Below, one piece after another: positions 39,327-48,594 of a DNA stretch of 64,000 bases. Within the stretch, counting starts at the first letter, position 1; every line of letters starts with the position of its first letter. This DNA comes from a bacterium (lineage in GTDB: Bacteria > Patescibacteriota > Dojkabacteria > SC72 > WJKH01). Location: contig JAKPPS010000032.1 in the NCBI GenBank assembly GCA_029547225.1, positions 4,065 through 68,064 on the forward strand, read 5' to 3'. A program made the position numbers and the translations under genes. The notes below the pieces were generated by a model. It did no database searches. It was not told the DNA's origin and saw only the letters and a list, made by a program, of their open reading frames with translations.

Positions 39327-40838
39327 ATGGCATTATACGTAAAAACCAAAAAACTTGATTTCAAAACTGGGGATCCACTTGTTGTACTTTTGCACAGAGC
39401 AGATGCAGAGGAATTAGGAGTAAAAGAAGGACAGAAGGTGATATTCAACTGGCGCGATTTAGAGCTCTATGTTGTAATCAATCTTACAGATACTGAAGTG
39501 AGTAGGGGCGAAGTTGGCTTATATTTTGAGATATGGGAATCTAATGATATCCCTAATAATGAAATGGCCTCAATAAATCTTTTAGAGCGTCCAGATTCAA
39601 TAGAATACATCAAAAGTAAAATACTTGGGCAGCGCTTAAGTCGCGAACAGATCTACGAAATAATGCAAGATATTTCAGATCGTAAAATCCGTGAAGTCGA
39701 AATAGCATATTTTATGGCATGTTTTTTTAACCCTGGTTTTGATGATGAAGAGGTAAGGGATATTGCAGTCGGTATGGCACGAGCTGGAGATATTATTGAT
39801 TTTACAAATATTAATGGTAATGGAAAGCTAGTAGTAGATAAACATTCTATTGGGGGTATTGCTGGCAAAGGTGTCACACCAATATTGGTACCAATTATTG
39901 CAAGTGAGAATCTGATTATCCCAAATACTTCTACTAGGGCTATAACAACACCAGCTGGCACTTCAGATATATTAGAAGTTGTAATGCCAGTATCCTTTAC
40001 TCCTGAAACAGTTAAAGAAGTTGTTAAGAAAACAAATGCTTGTATGGTGTGGGGTGGTTCTATGAAATTAGCTCCAGCTGATGATGTCCTTATATCAGTA
40101 GAAAAAGAATTACATGCTCAAGCATATGGTAAGCTGATTGCAAGTATAGTTGCCAAGAAAATCTCAATGGGCATTACAGATATTGTCGTAGATATACCAT
40201 ATGGAAAGAGTGCGAAGGTAAAAACTCCTGAAGAAGCAGAAATGCTAGGTAGGAAGCTAAAAAAGACATTTCTATCTGTCGGGATAAACTGTGAAACTTT
40301 CCTAAGGTTTGTTACAAGTCCAGATGGGCGAGGTATCGGTCCTGTGTTAGAAATGCGGGATATTCTGAGAGTACTTGAGAGAGATTCTCAAAGGCCTTTA
40401 ACATTGGAGAAGACCGCAGTTGAGATGGCAGGAGTTCTTTTAGAAATGGCTGGCAAGGCTACCAAAGGTAAGGGGCGTGAACTTGCTCAAAAGAAATTAG
40501 ATAATGGTGATGCATTAAAGAAATTCTGGGAGATTGCCACAACTCAAGGCGCAGCGAGTCCGATTGATTCTATAAATCTTGTGCCTGGCGACTATACTCA
40601 TCCTGTCACAATAAACAAAACAGGTAGTATCCGTTTTATCGACAATCACGAGATAGTAAAAATCTGTCGAGCACTTGGTAATCCAACTATCAGAAATGCT
40701 GGTATTTATTTCAAGAGATTTATTGGAGAGAGTGTCAAGGAGGGAGATGTTGTCATGATGATGTATGCGAGTTCTCCAGAACGCTTAGAAATGGGTATTT
40801 CTGAAGTTGATATCAATAAACTATTCGAGATAGTGTAG
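39327..40838 (+). CDS. AMP phosphorylase-like (thymidine phosphorylase family, archaeal type)
   Basis: The N-terminal extra domain 'LYVKTKKLDFKTGDPLVVLLHRADAEELGVKEGQKV' is typical of AMP phosphorylases. 'DKHSIGGIAGKGVTPILVPI' matches the family phosphate-binding motif. The start could also be 39309. Confidence 0.75.
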   Translation: MALYVKTKKLDFKTGDPLVVLLHRADAEELGVKEGQKVIFNWRDLELYVVINLTDTEVSRGEVGLYFEIWESNDIPNNEMASINLLERPDSIEYIKSKILGQRLSREQIYEIMQDISDRKIREVEIAYFMACFFNPGFDDEEVRDIAVGMARAGDIIDFTNINGNGKLVVDKHSIGGIAGKGVTPILVPIIASENLIIPNTSTRAITTPAGTSDILEVVMPVSFTPETVKEVVKKTNACMVWGGSMKLAPADDVLISVEKELHAQAYGKLIASIVAKKISMGITDIVVDIPYGKSAKVKTPEEAEMLGRKLKKTFLSVGINCETFLRFVTSPDGRGIGPVLEMRDILRVLERDSQRPLTLEKTAVEMAGVLLEMAGKATKGKGRELAQKKLDNGDALKKFWEIATTQGAASPIDSINLVPGDYTHPVTINKTGSIRFIDNHEIVKICRALGNPTIRNAGIYFKRFIGESVKEGDVVMMMYASSPERLEMGISEVDINKLFEIV

Positions 40839-40930
40839 AGGGGAAAATTATTTCAATCCGTCTTTATAAATCTTTCATAGCTGAATTTTTTATTGTTTTC
40901 TAGAAACTTTTTTCAGCTTCGCAAACTAAT

Positions 40931-43105
40931 CTAGTTTTCAGATTTTGTTTCAAGTTTCTTGCTAGTGTCCTTTTCTATATCTTTTCCTGTATTATCGTTA
41001 GAAGTAGTATTTGCCATTAATCTCTTCTTATTGTACTTTCTTATTTGTGATGCAATCAGTGTGATAATAACGATAAAGATTACCAGGGTAACACAAACTG
41101 GAAGTACCACAATAGCAGTTTTACCAAGAGGATTAGTTTTTATCATAAAATCAAGTTTGTCTTGCTCCTGTATTATTTGCAAATCAGAAATAGTTGCAAT
41201 TTGATCAACTGTTTTTAAAGAACCAATTTCCGAAAATTGACTTGCAGGCACGGGATATATAATTATGTGGTAATTATCATAAGCGTTTTCGGCAGTAATA
41301 TTTGCAGAATAAACCATCGCATCAATTGGAGAAGTACTAATACTACTTGATGTATACCAAAGCACATGTTCAAGATCTGGTCCGATATATATTCTTTTTG
41401 TTTCTCCCCATGTCGGATCTACAGTCATCCACCCATAATCTGGAAACCAAACTTGTACCCATTGATGACCCTTACTTTTTTGATTTAGGTCTTCATTATT
41501 ACTCTCAACGGTCTTATTTTCATCACTCTCGTTTGAATTAGTGTTGTTCGTTGTGTCAGAGAGTGTAGCTTCATTTTTTTGTAGAAATTCGGTTTTACTA
41601 ACATCTGTTTGCTGTGTTGAATTGTATACTTCGTTATCAAGAAGGGGATCGTTGCCATACCCAAAAGCAGGTCGTGCAGGTATGCCTTGAGCTCTAAGTA
41701 AGGTGATAAGGCTATCTGAATACTCCATACAGACTGTAGCTTCACCTTCAAGTGCTCGTAAGGCTCCAATGCGTTGATTGAATTGTGAAACCTTATCATA
41801 ACTATAATCAAATTCTTCAACTAAATAATTATAATCAGATATCAATATGTCGTAGATTTTCTCTTTATCCGCCTTCAGAGAATTGGCTAATTGAATAATT
41901 TCTGGATCGGTTGTTTGCCAATATGTATCGGATTCCAAAAACTTAGATAATGTTTGGTTGGATCTGATATCACTTGCAAGATCAGTTAATGTGACCTCAG
42001 TAGTGCTTTTAGTCTCTTGAGTATCTGAAGCTTCTTCGTTTGTACTTGTGGCTTCTTCCTGAATATCCTTATGAATGCTTTGTTTTACATAACCTTCTAT
42101 TGTTATTGTGCTCTCTTTGTTAGCGGGTACCTCCCAGCGTCCGATCAAGTTCCCTTCATCATCATGATATAAAAGTTTGGGCTCGGGAGAAATAGATTTA
42201 ATATATATTTCTTGATTGGTTTCCTCAAATTCTCTTGGAAGAATAATCTCGTAAACATTTGTTGAGAGTAATGGTGAAATATTGCTAATAGATTCAGGTA
42301 TTAAATTATCAGATATTGGTGCTTTTTGTTCTATCTTAAAGTAGGTGTATTGTTCCGTACCAATCTGAACCCAACCCATATTATTCTTAATTGTCTGGTG
42401 ATCAAGAGTGTAAATTCGATGGCCATTTTCAGTGTTTATCTGGATTGAGCTTGGAGAATAATATGAGTGCATTGACTCATTTTCAGGTACTAAAATCTTT
42501 TGAGTATAATTATAGTTTGTTTTGAGACCATTTCCATCAGTTTTACTATCTTCAAGTGTCGGCATTTGTGGGGTATAAATATTGCTTATATTTCCATTAA
42601 TATCTATGAACTGGTGAGATTTGTATCGGATTTCTGCTTCAAAGGGATTATAATTATCAATATTGTAATCCTGTGGAATTAATACTTTTATACCCTGTGG
42701 GGTATTCTCAACTTGATAGGAATTATTTATTTGACCATTAACATACACTTGTAACGAATCCCTGGAAAATGCCATTTCTGAATCGAATAATTCATTCTGA
42801 TATTCAGATGAGATCGGAGTGATATACATTTCTTGCATATACCCAGCAGGGTATAAGTATAATGATGTATTAACTTGTAAGCGGAGTCTTTCCTTTACTT
42901 CAACGTAATCTTGGTTTGGTTGATAATAAATTTCTAGGATGTGGTTGGTCTCGAAATCTGGATCGGAAGCATGAGTATTGGTATTTAGTAGTGCTATATC
43001 TGCAAAGAAAAGTGTTATTATCATTAAAATCGCGAACACTTTTTGTATAAAAGGGGAAATTGTTTTTAAAAGTGCGTTAGTGTTCAGAAATAGATTTTGT
43101 AGCAT
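40931..43105 (-). CDS. Large transglutaminase-like envelope protein with N- and C-terminal TM segments
   Basis: It has the transglutaminase core Cys 'ATVCMEYSDSLITLLRAQGIPAR', His 'KGHQWVQVWF' and Asp 'MTVDPTW'. The C-terminal TM is 'AIVVLPVCVTLVIFIVIITLIA'. Confidence 0.75.
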   Translation of the reverse strand: MLQNLFLNTNALLKTISPFIQKVFAILMIITLFFADIALLNTNTHASDPDFETNHILEIYYQPNQDYVEVKERLRLQVNTSLYLYPAGYMQEMYITPISSEYQNELFDSEMAFSRDSLQVYVNGQINNSYQVENTPQGIKVLIPQDYNIDNYNPFEAEIRYKSHQFIDINGNISNIYTPQMPTLEDSKTDGNGLKTNYNYTQKILVPENESMHSYYSPSSIQINTENGHRIYTLDHQTIKNNMGWVQIGTEQYTYFKIEQKAPISDNLIPESISNISPLLSTNVYEIILPREFEETNQEIYIKSISPEPKLLYHDDEGNLIGRWEVPANKESTITIEGYVKQSIHKDIQEEATSTNEEASDTQETKSTTEVTLTDLASDIRSNQTLSKFLESDTYWQTTDPEIIQLANSLKADKEKIYDILISDYNYLVEEFDYSYDKVSQFNQRIGALRALEGEATVCMEYSDSLITLLRAQGIPARPAFGYGNDPLLDNEVYNSTQQTDVSKTEFLQKNEATLSDTTNNTNSNESDENKTVESNNEDLNQKSKGHQWVQVWFPDYGWMTVDPTWGETKRIYIGPDLEHVLWYTSSSISTSPIDAMVYSANITAENAYDNYHIIIYPVPASQFSEIGSLKTVDQIATISDLQIIQEQDKLDFMIKTNPLGKTAIVVLPVCVTLVIFIVIITLIASQIRKYNKKRLMANTTSNDNTGKDIEKDTSKKLETKSEN
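42688..42707. repeat. Near-consensus 20-bp palindrome TTATACCCTGTGGGGTATTC (site 4)
   Basis: It has the 20-nt frame TTATAC-N8-GTATTC with a CCC..GGGG core. It encodes N-T-P-Q-G-I-K on the minus strand. Confidence 0.55.
42837..42856. repeat. Near-consensus 20-bp palindrome ATATACCCAGCAGGGTATAA (site 5)
   Basis: It has the frame ATATAC-N8-GTATAA with 7-bp perfect arms TATACCC/GGGTATA. It encodes Y-L-Y-P-A-G-Y-M on the minus strand. Confidence 0.65.
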
Positions 43106-43205
43106 TATTTTCCTTACAATAAATTAATTATTTACTTTATTTGTACAATAAATTATAATTGCGTGTTATTATGTTAAAGTGTAATTGAATTTAGTATTTT
43201 TTTCA

Positions 43206-44324
43206 ATGTCAGTAGTAAGATCACATTCGTTATCAATAGGAATTGTAGGAGTTCCAAATGCTGGAAAGTCAACATTATTTAATGCATTGACCAAATGCGC
43301 AGTTCCTGCTGAAAATTTCCCTTTTTGCACGATCGACAAAAATATTGGAGTAGTTAAAATCCCTGATGCAAGATTGGATAGTTTGTCAGATTTTTTCAAA
43401 GCTCAAAAAGTTGTACCATCTGCGATAAAATTTGTTGATATCGCAGGTTTAGTTAAGGGGGCATCTAAAGGAGAGGGATTGGGAAACCAATTTCTTTCTC
43501 ATATCCGTGAGGTAGATATGATACTTTATGTGTTGCGAGCATTTGGTGGAGAGAAAGTAGTACATGTATATGATCGAATAGACCCTTTGGATGATCTGAA
43601 AATTGTAGAATCTGAACTAATACTAAAGGATATCGAAACGGTTACAAAAAGGATTGCGGATCTTGAAAGGATGACTAAATCAGGTACAAGTGAAGAAATA
43701 AAAGCTAAACTAGAAATCTGTCATAAGATTATGGATCAGTTTGCAAAAGGTCGAAGTGCGGTAGAATTGACTTTTCCTGAAGAGTATCAAGATTTTATTT
43801 ATGAAATGAGTTTACTTACAAACAAGAGGAGGATGTATTTGTTAAACATAAGAGATGGGGTAGAGGAGAGTCAGCTGACAAATTGGGAGAATGCAATTAA
43901 AGAGTATGTAACTCAAGAAGAGAAGGATGCAATAATAAAAGTAGATGTCAAATTGCTTGGCGAAATGTCAGACATGGATGAGGATACAAAATCAGAATAT
44001 ATTGAAATGTTGGGGTATAAGCCTTTTACTGTGCAAGATTTAATAAGCTCTGCAATCAAAGAGCTCGGTTTAATAACATTTTATACCGGTAATGAAAAAG
44101 AATGTAATGCATGGAGTATCAATAATGGAGCCACTGTAAAAGAAGCTGCTGGTGTAATCCATACGGACTTAGAGCAAAGATTTATCACAGCTGATGTAGT
44201 AAATGTTGAAGCCTTAGTGCAAGCAGGAGGATGGGCTCAGGCAAAGGAGAAAGGATTGATACGAAATCAAGGTAAAGGTTATATTGTAAATGATGGTGAC
44301 TATATTATTATTTACAATAGCTAG
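43206..44324 (+). CDS. ychF: Ribosome-binding ATPase YchF
   Basis: It has 'IGIVGVPNAGKSTLFNALT', 'DIAGLVKGASKGEGLGNQFL' and a C-terminal TGS-like region. I prefer the ATG at 43206. Confidence 0.9.
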   Translation: MSVVRSHSLSIGIVGVPNAGKSTLFNALTKCAVPAENFPFCTIDKNIGVVKIPDARLDSLSDFFKAQKVVPSAIKFVDIAGLVKGASKGEGLGNQFLSHIREVDMILYVLRAFGGEKVVHVYDRIDPLDDLKIVESELILKDIETVTKRIADLERMTKSGTSEEIKAKLEICHKIMDQFAKGRSAVELTFPEEYQDFIYEMSLLTNKRRMYLLNIRDGVEESQLTNWENAIKEYVTQEEKDAIIKVDVKLLGEMSDMDEDTKSEYIEMLGYKPFTVQDLISSAIKELGLITFYTGNEKECNAWSINNGATVKEAAGVIHTDLEQRFITADVVNVEALVQAGGWAQAKEKGLIRNQGKGYIVNDGDYIIIYNS

Positions 44325-44443
44325 TATCATCGATCAAATACTCATCTTAACTGTTATTTTTTATATCCATGCAAATGTCGCATGCGACCTCTTTCCATCA
44401 CTATCCATGGGTATATTTTCAGAGATAGCTTATGTATGGGATC

Positions 44444-44526
44444 GTGCAAGCGGTACTTTTGAAAGATTGAGCTTGGGTAGTCATGGTGAGCACTATTATG
44501 TATTGTACAGCGGTTGGTGGCATACC
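44444..44526 (-). repeat. Dispersed intergenic repeat of about 83 nt, copy H (GGTATGCC subfamily)
   Basis: The minus strand reads GGTATGCCACCAACCGCTGTACAA...CACCATGACTACCCAAGCTCA...taCCGCTTGCACg. It bridges both subfamilies. Confidence 0.75.
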
Positions 44527-44568
44527 TAGAAAATTGTAAATCAATTGGATAATTCAGTTAATTGTATA

Positions 44569-44597
44569 TTGAAGTTAAGGGTGACTTTTGGTATAAT
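44569..44597 (+). promoter_or_regulatory. Putative sigma-70-type promoter of rpsF-ssb-rpsR
   Basis: TTGAAG, 17 nt, then TATAAT with an extended -10 TG (TGGTATAAT). It lies about 48 nt upstream of the rpsF ATG. Confidence 0.4.
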
Positions 44598-44644
44598 GAG
44601 CTACCTTCGCACGGTTAACCCATTTAATTTAATATAGATAAAGT

Positions 44645-44971
44645 ATGTACGAACTAATGGTTATCTTGAAACCATTGCTTCCTGACGATGTCCGAAAGTC
44701 AATACACAAAAATATTGTAAAGACAATTCAGGATATGGGAGGTGATGTAAAAGATGTAGATGTTTGGGGTAAGCGATATTTAGCTTACAATATTAAAGGC
44801 CACAATGAAGGTTACTATATTGTATATCAGTATGATTTACCTTCAAATCAGGTCGAAGAGTTTGCACGACAATTAGGTTTAAAGCAGGAAGTTATTAGAT
44901 TTCTTGTAACTGTTGTTGAGCACGCAAGTGAGATCAAGAAGAATATTAAGAAAAAAGAAATGGATATTTAA
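44645..44971 (+). CDS. rpsF: 30S ribosomal protein S6
   Basis: 'MYELMVILKP...VDVWGKRYLAYNIKGHNEGYYIVYQYD' is the S6 signature. Confidence 0.92.
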   Translation: MYELMVILKPLLPDDVRKSIHKNIVKTIQDMGGDVKDVDVWGKRYLAYNIKGHNEGYYIVYQYDLPSNQVEEFARQLGLKQEVIRFLVTVVEHASEIKKNIKKKEMDI

Positions 44972-45091
44972 TAATGTTTCTTTTTTAGGTTTGGTCATGT
45001 TTATGGTAGCTCGTAATGATTAATAAATACTTAAGGAAGTTTTAATAATTATGTGTTACCATAGAATTAATAAGTTATTAGTGGAGTAATT

Positions 45092-45595
45092 ATGGCTGTT
45101 AGATCTTTAAATAAAGTTTTATTAATCGGTAACCTTACACGTGATCCTGAGGTTAAGTACACAGCAAATGGTACTGCAGTATGTTCTTTTGGTTTAGCAA
45201 CAAACAGATCATGGAAAGATACTGCTGGAGAAATAAAAGAAGCAGTTGATTTTCATAATATAATTGCTTGGGCAAAAAAAGCTGAAGTATACTCAAAATT
45301 GTTATCTAAAGGTATGAAAATATTTGTTGAGGGTGCAATAAGTACTAGAAGCTGGGAAGGTGAAGATGGTAAAACAAGAACAAAGACAGAAATTCGTGCA
45401 GATAATCTGATTTTGCTTGATTCAAAGGGTAAATCTGGTGCTGGCATGGTAGATACAAGTGATGCAAAATCTCCTGAAGCACTTCTTGAGGAATTAGAAT
45501 CAGGTCAGGAATCAGAAGATGTAATTGATGTAGATGGAGCTTCGGCAAAAGATAATAAAGATGCTGAGGATCCTTTGGCAGATATGCCTTTTTAA
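45092..45595 (+). CDS. ssb: Single-stranded DNA-binding protein
   Basis: It has 'LNKVLLIGNLTRDPEVKYTANGTAVCSFGLATNRSW', an acidic tail and a terminal 'DMPF' tip. Confidence 0.92.
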   Translation: MAVRSLNKVLLIGNLTRDPEVKYTANGTAVCSFGLATNRSWKDTAGEIKEAVDFHNIIAWAKKAEVYSKLLSKGMKIFVEGAISTRSWEGEDGKTRTKTEIRADNLILLDSKGKSGAGMVDTSDAKSPEALLEELESGQESEDVIDVDGASAKDNKDAEDPLADMPF

Positions 45596-45612
45596 TTTGA
45601 GTTTAGTTTATT

Positions 45613-45921
45613 ATGGTACAAGATGTAAAAGATCCATTGAAAGAAGTTTTTGATGAATCATCATTCGATGACAATGAGAGAGGTAAAAAGGGACGAAGAA
45701 AGAAAGTTCATCTTGATTTGAAATGTCCTTTATGTGAGTCGGGTGTCAAATATGTTACTTACAAAGATGTTTATCAGTTAAAGAAATTTACTTCGGTAAG
45801 AGGTAAGATAATCTCTACTGAGAAATCTGGAGTTTGTGCAAAACATCAAAGACAACTTGCGAAATCTATCAAAAGAGCGAGATATATTGGTTTGATGCCT
45901 TATGTCGCATTAGATGCGTAA
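45613..45921 (+). CDS. rpsR: 30S ribosomal protein S18
   Basis: It has 'CPLCESGVKYVTYKDVYQLKKFTSVRGKIISTEKSGVCAKHQRQLAKSIKRARYIGLMPY'. Confidence 0.9.
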   Translation: MVQDVKDPLKEVFDESSFDDNERGKKGRRKKVHLDLKCPLCESGVKYVTYKDVYQLKKFTSVRGKIISTEKSGVCAKHQRQLAKSIKRARYIGLMPYVALDA

Positions 45922-45959
45922 TCGCAATTTTGAATTCATTTGAGTTTTTACCGCTGATT

Positions 45960-45991
45960 AACTCCCGTTTATACGGGAGTTTTTCTTTTTT
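45960..45991 (+). terminator. Rho-independent terminator after rpsR
   Basis: Stem AACTCCCG / CGGGAGTT with loop TTTATA, followed by TTTTTCTTTTTT. Confidence 0.8.
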
Positions 45992-46070
45992 ATCGTTCTT
46001 TATTACGTATTGGATTGTGCTTTATACTTCAATGTTGCCTAGATGTAAAATAAAGTGATATACTAATTCA

Positions 46071-47390
46071 GTGGAAAAACTGCCTTTACTCGAAAAAAAT
46101 GCATATTTGAAAATCCGCATAAAAAAGGATAATGCCGTTGCTCATCTTGCTTATTCTCATTATGATGTCGGAAGAAGTTACATACTCAAAGATATCACAA
46201 GTGGTTTGAATCCTGAAATGATCGGTGAATATCTAGCTACATTACAGAGTGAGTTTGATTGGGAAATTTTTCATTTGGTTGATAGTGCAAATTTCATACT
46301 AGATTTTTCTGATGAAGGAATTGGTATTTCTGGCATTACTATTATTTTAGATGATACAACTTATGTTAAAGCAATAAGAGATTTTTGTCCTGAGATTAAG
46401 ATCGAAATAAATAGTAAGAAGCTTGTAAGTGATCGTATGACAGCTTTCTGCCGTAAACTAGGTTATAAAGATCTCTTGTTTATAGACTCTGATATCCTTT
46501 CTACTACGATAACAAGGGCAAGATATGCTCTTGAGGATTCATTAAAAAATAATTATTCTGTGCAAGATGCTTACATTTCTGATAACGATATTGATGTTCT
46601 TGCGAGTTCGATATTATCGGCTCAATTACAGGCTTTTATGACAGATAATGCAACTATCTATGCCCTTGCAAATCGTTGGGTAAACTATGTGTATACTGGC
46701 ATTGAAGAAACTGAAGATAACTGCTTACTCGATATTCTGCGTGCTCAAAAAACTCGGCAGTTGTTATCTTTAAGTCTTGCTAACAAAGAATTACTCAAAG
46801 ATTTCGGTAAACAGAGTAGAGCCCAGAAAAATTTACAGGGTATAGCTATCATTTTTACAGGTAGTATGGCTCGAGTGATTAATGAAAAATCGATAATTGT
46901 TTCACTAATTGATGGACTTCAGTTGAGTGGTCATTTTGACCTATATGTAGATAAAAACAATTTCTTTGATACCATGGTGAGTAGTTATTTGGATGGTATA
47001 AATGCAAGCGACATTATTCTTTCAAGGAAAGATGTTTTAGAAGATCCAATAAAAGTAATTCTACCTGAGATACAAAAGGATAAAAGTGTGAGAAAAGTTG
47101 TAATGGATGGAAATGTTATTAGTCAAGAGCGAGGCGAAGTGAGAATATATGCATTAGCTCCGAATATCACGCTTATCGATACGCCGAATGAAAAAGCCTT
47201 TGTGAGTATGAAACTTTCTCGCGGAGCTTATCTCAAGGGATATGGTGAAGAACTTGAGTTTTCATCTGATCCATTGTCGACAAAATATTCCAAGATAATT
47301 GTAGATTGTCGCTATAAACCAATAATATATGGCCCCGATAGGTCGATAAATAAAAATAATTTTGATTTATGGTTTAATGAACAGGATTAA
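46071..47390 (+). CDS. Hypothetical protein (439 aa)
   Basis: It is a long ORF with a GTG start and no recognisable motif. It overlaps the next gene by 14 nt, which suggests translational coupling. Confidence 0.6.
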   Translation: MEKLPLLEKNAYLKIRIKKDNAVAHLAYSHYDVGRSYILKDITSGLNPEMIGEYLATLQSEFDWEIFHLVDSANFILDFSDEGIGISGITIILDDTTYVKAIRDFCPEIKIEINSKKLVSDRMTAFCRKLGYKDLLFIDSDILSTTITRARYALEDSLKNNYSVQDAYISDNDIDVLASSILSAQLQAFMTDNATIYALANRWVNYVYTGIEETEDNCLLDILRAQKTRQLLSLSLANKELLKDFGKQSRAQKNLQGIAIIFTGSMARVINEKSIIVSLIDGLQLSGHFDLYVDKNNFFDTMVSSYLDGINASDIILSRKDVLEDPIKVILPEIQKDKSVRKVVMDGNVISQERGEVRIYALAPNITLIDTPNEKAFVSMKLSRGAYLKGYGEELEFSSDPLSTKYSKIIVDCRYKPIIYGPDRSINKNNFDLWFNEQD

Positions 47391-48429
47391 AAGATTTGTT
47401 AAAAAACAGTTTCAAACTCTAGCTTACATACCTTTTAATGGTAAACCAGAACTTTTAGTCGAAGTTGGTTCAAAAGTTAATGCGGGTGATGTTTTGTTTT
47501 ATTCAGTCGGAAAATCAATTGCCGAATCACACGATCTTGTTAGTGAAATAGGGATAAGTGTATCTCAAGCTCAAACTGCTTGTACTAGGTTAAAAGGTGA
47601 GTATGTAGTAGCTGGTGATATTATTGCTGAATCTCCTGCGAAATCAGGTTTGGTTTTAAAAAGAATAGTTGCTGGCACAGAAGGTGTGATTAACTATGAT
47701 AATATCGATAGGGGTATTGTAAATATCCTTTCAGAAATGACTCAGATTGATGTAAAGTCGTATTTCAGTGGTGTAGTTAATCGGATTGATCTTAAAGATG
47801 GAATTTTTATTGATATTTACGCATCTGAGGTAGATTGCTTTGCGTCTGTTACTAATCCAAATCCTCAACTTTTCCCGATAGAGATATTAAAGGACGGTAA
47901 GTCAGTTTTTGTTGAGAAAGATCTTGAAATGAATTATACAGGCAAGTATGTTTTTGCGGGGAGATATGTTTATGGTGCTCTGATCCAAAAAATCCTTGAT
48001 CGAGGTGCAAAAGGTGTTATCGTATATGCTATGGATTATTATGATTACGAATCTTTGAGCCAAGAGATAATTAAGAATAAAAGCCAAAGTTTGATAGTGC
48101 TTGGTGGTTTTGGTCAAATACCTTGGAATAATTGCATCGAGGAATTCCTAAATCTTGTAAAAAATCAGCAGATCCGCGTAGAGAATATAGAGGGAACAGG
48201 AAAAAATCGAATTATTATTACTCAGCCGTCTCTACAGCCAACAAATGTTTCAAATTATAATCAGGTAAAAGTTGGCAATAAAGTTTGGATAGGTACGGGC
48301 GAATTATGGGGCAGTGTAGGGGTTGTTGATGCGTTTGATCAGAGTAATGAATACTGTTTTGTGATCACCGATGGAGGTCAAAAGAGTTTAATTGCAAAAA
48401 GAAATCTTATGCTTGTTAATGATTTATAA
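47377..48429 (+). CDS. Hypothetical protein with barrel-sandwich (lipoyl/HlyD-like) segments
   Basis: 'LLVEVGSKVNAGDVLF' and 'LKGEYVVAGDIIAE' look like hybrid-barrel motifs. I prefer the ATG at 47377 over the TTG at 47362. Confidence 0.55.
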   Translation: MNRIKRFVKKQFQTLAYIPFNGKPELLVEVGSKVNAGDVLFYSVGKSIAESHDLVSEIGISVSQAQTACTRLKGEYVVAGDIIAESPAKSGLVLKRIVAGTEGVINYDNIDRGIVNILSEMTQIDVKSYFSGVVNRIDLKDGIFIDIYASEVDCFASVTNPNPQLFPIEILKDGKSVFVEKDLEMNYTGKYVFAGRYVYGALIQKILDRGAKGVIVYAMDYYDYESLSQEIIKNKSQSLIVLGGFGQIPWNNCIEEFLNLVKNQQIRVENIEGTGKNRIIITQPSLQPTNVSNYNQVKVGNKVWIGTGELWGSVGVVDAFDQSNEYCFVITDGGQKSLIAKRNLMLVNDL

Positions 48430-48508
48430 CCAACCGTTGTACAAATATCATTCCCGACACCATTACAATCCAAGCTCATGTTTTCACAATGTTCGTTTTA
48501 CACTTTTA
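48426..48508 (+). repeat. Dispersed intergenic repeat of about 83 nt, copy D
   Basis: ataaCCAACCGTTGTACAa...CCGACACCATTACAATCCAAGCTCA...tGTTCGTTTTACACtttt. Its first bases overlap the TAA stop at 48427..48429. Confidence 0.75.
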
Positions 48509-48594
48509 TTTTGATTAAGGCTGATTGATAGCTGCATCCATTTAATACTTTTTTCTGATAGCGCCTGATAATAAGATGTGGTATTATTAAAACT

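Noticed and set aside
36853-40838. A complete AMP-RuBisCO pathway operon.
   Set aside because: Only the isomerase-like and phosphorylase-like genes are present. No RuBisCO large-subunit-like ORF exists in this window, so the pathway cannot be called complete from these data.
44290-44529. 79-aa plus-strand ORF overlapping the end of ychF and running to 44529.
   Set aside because: Its 3' half is simply a reading of repeat copy H (…LYSGWWHT*). Other copies of the repeat have stops in the equivalent frame, so it is not a conserved coding sequence.
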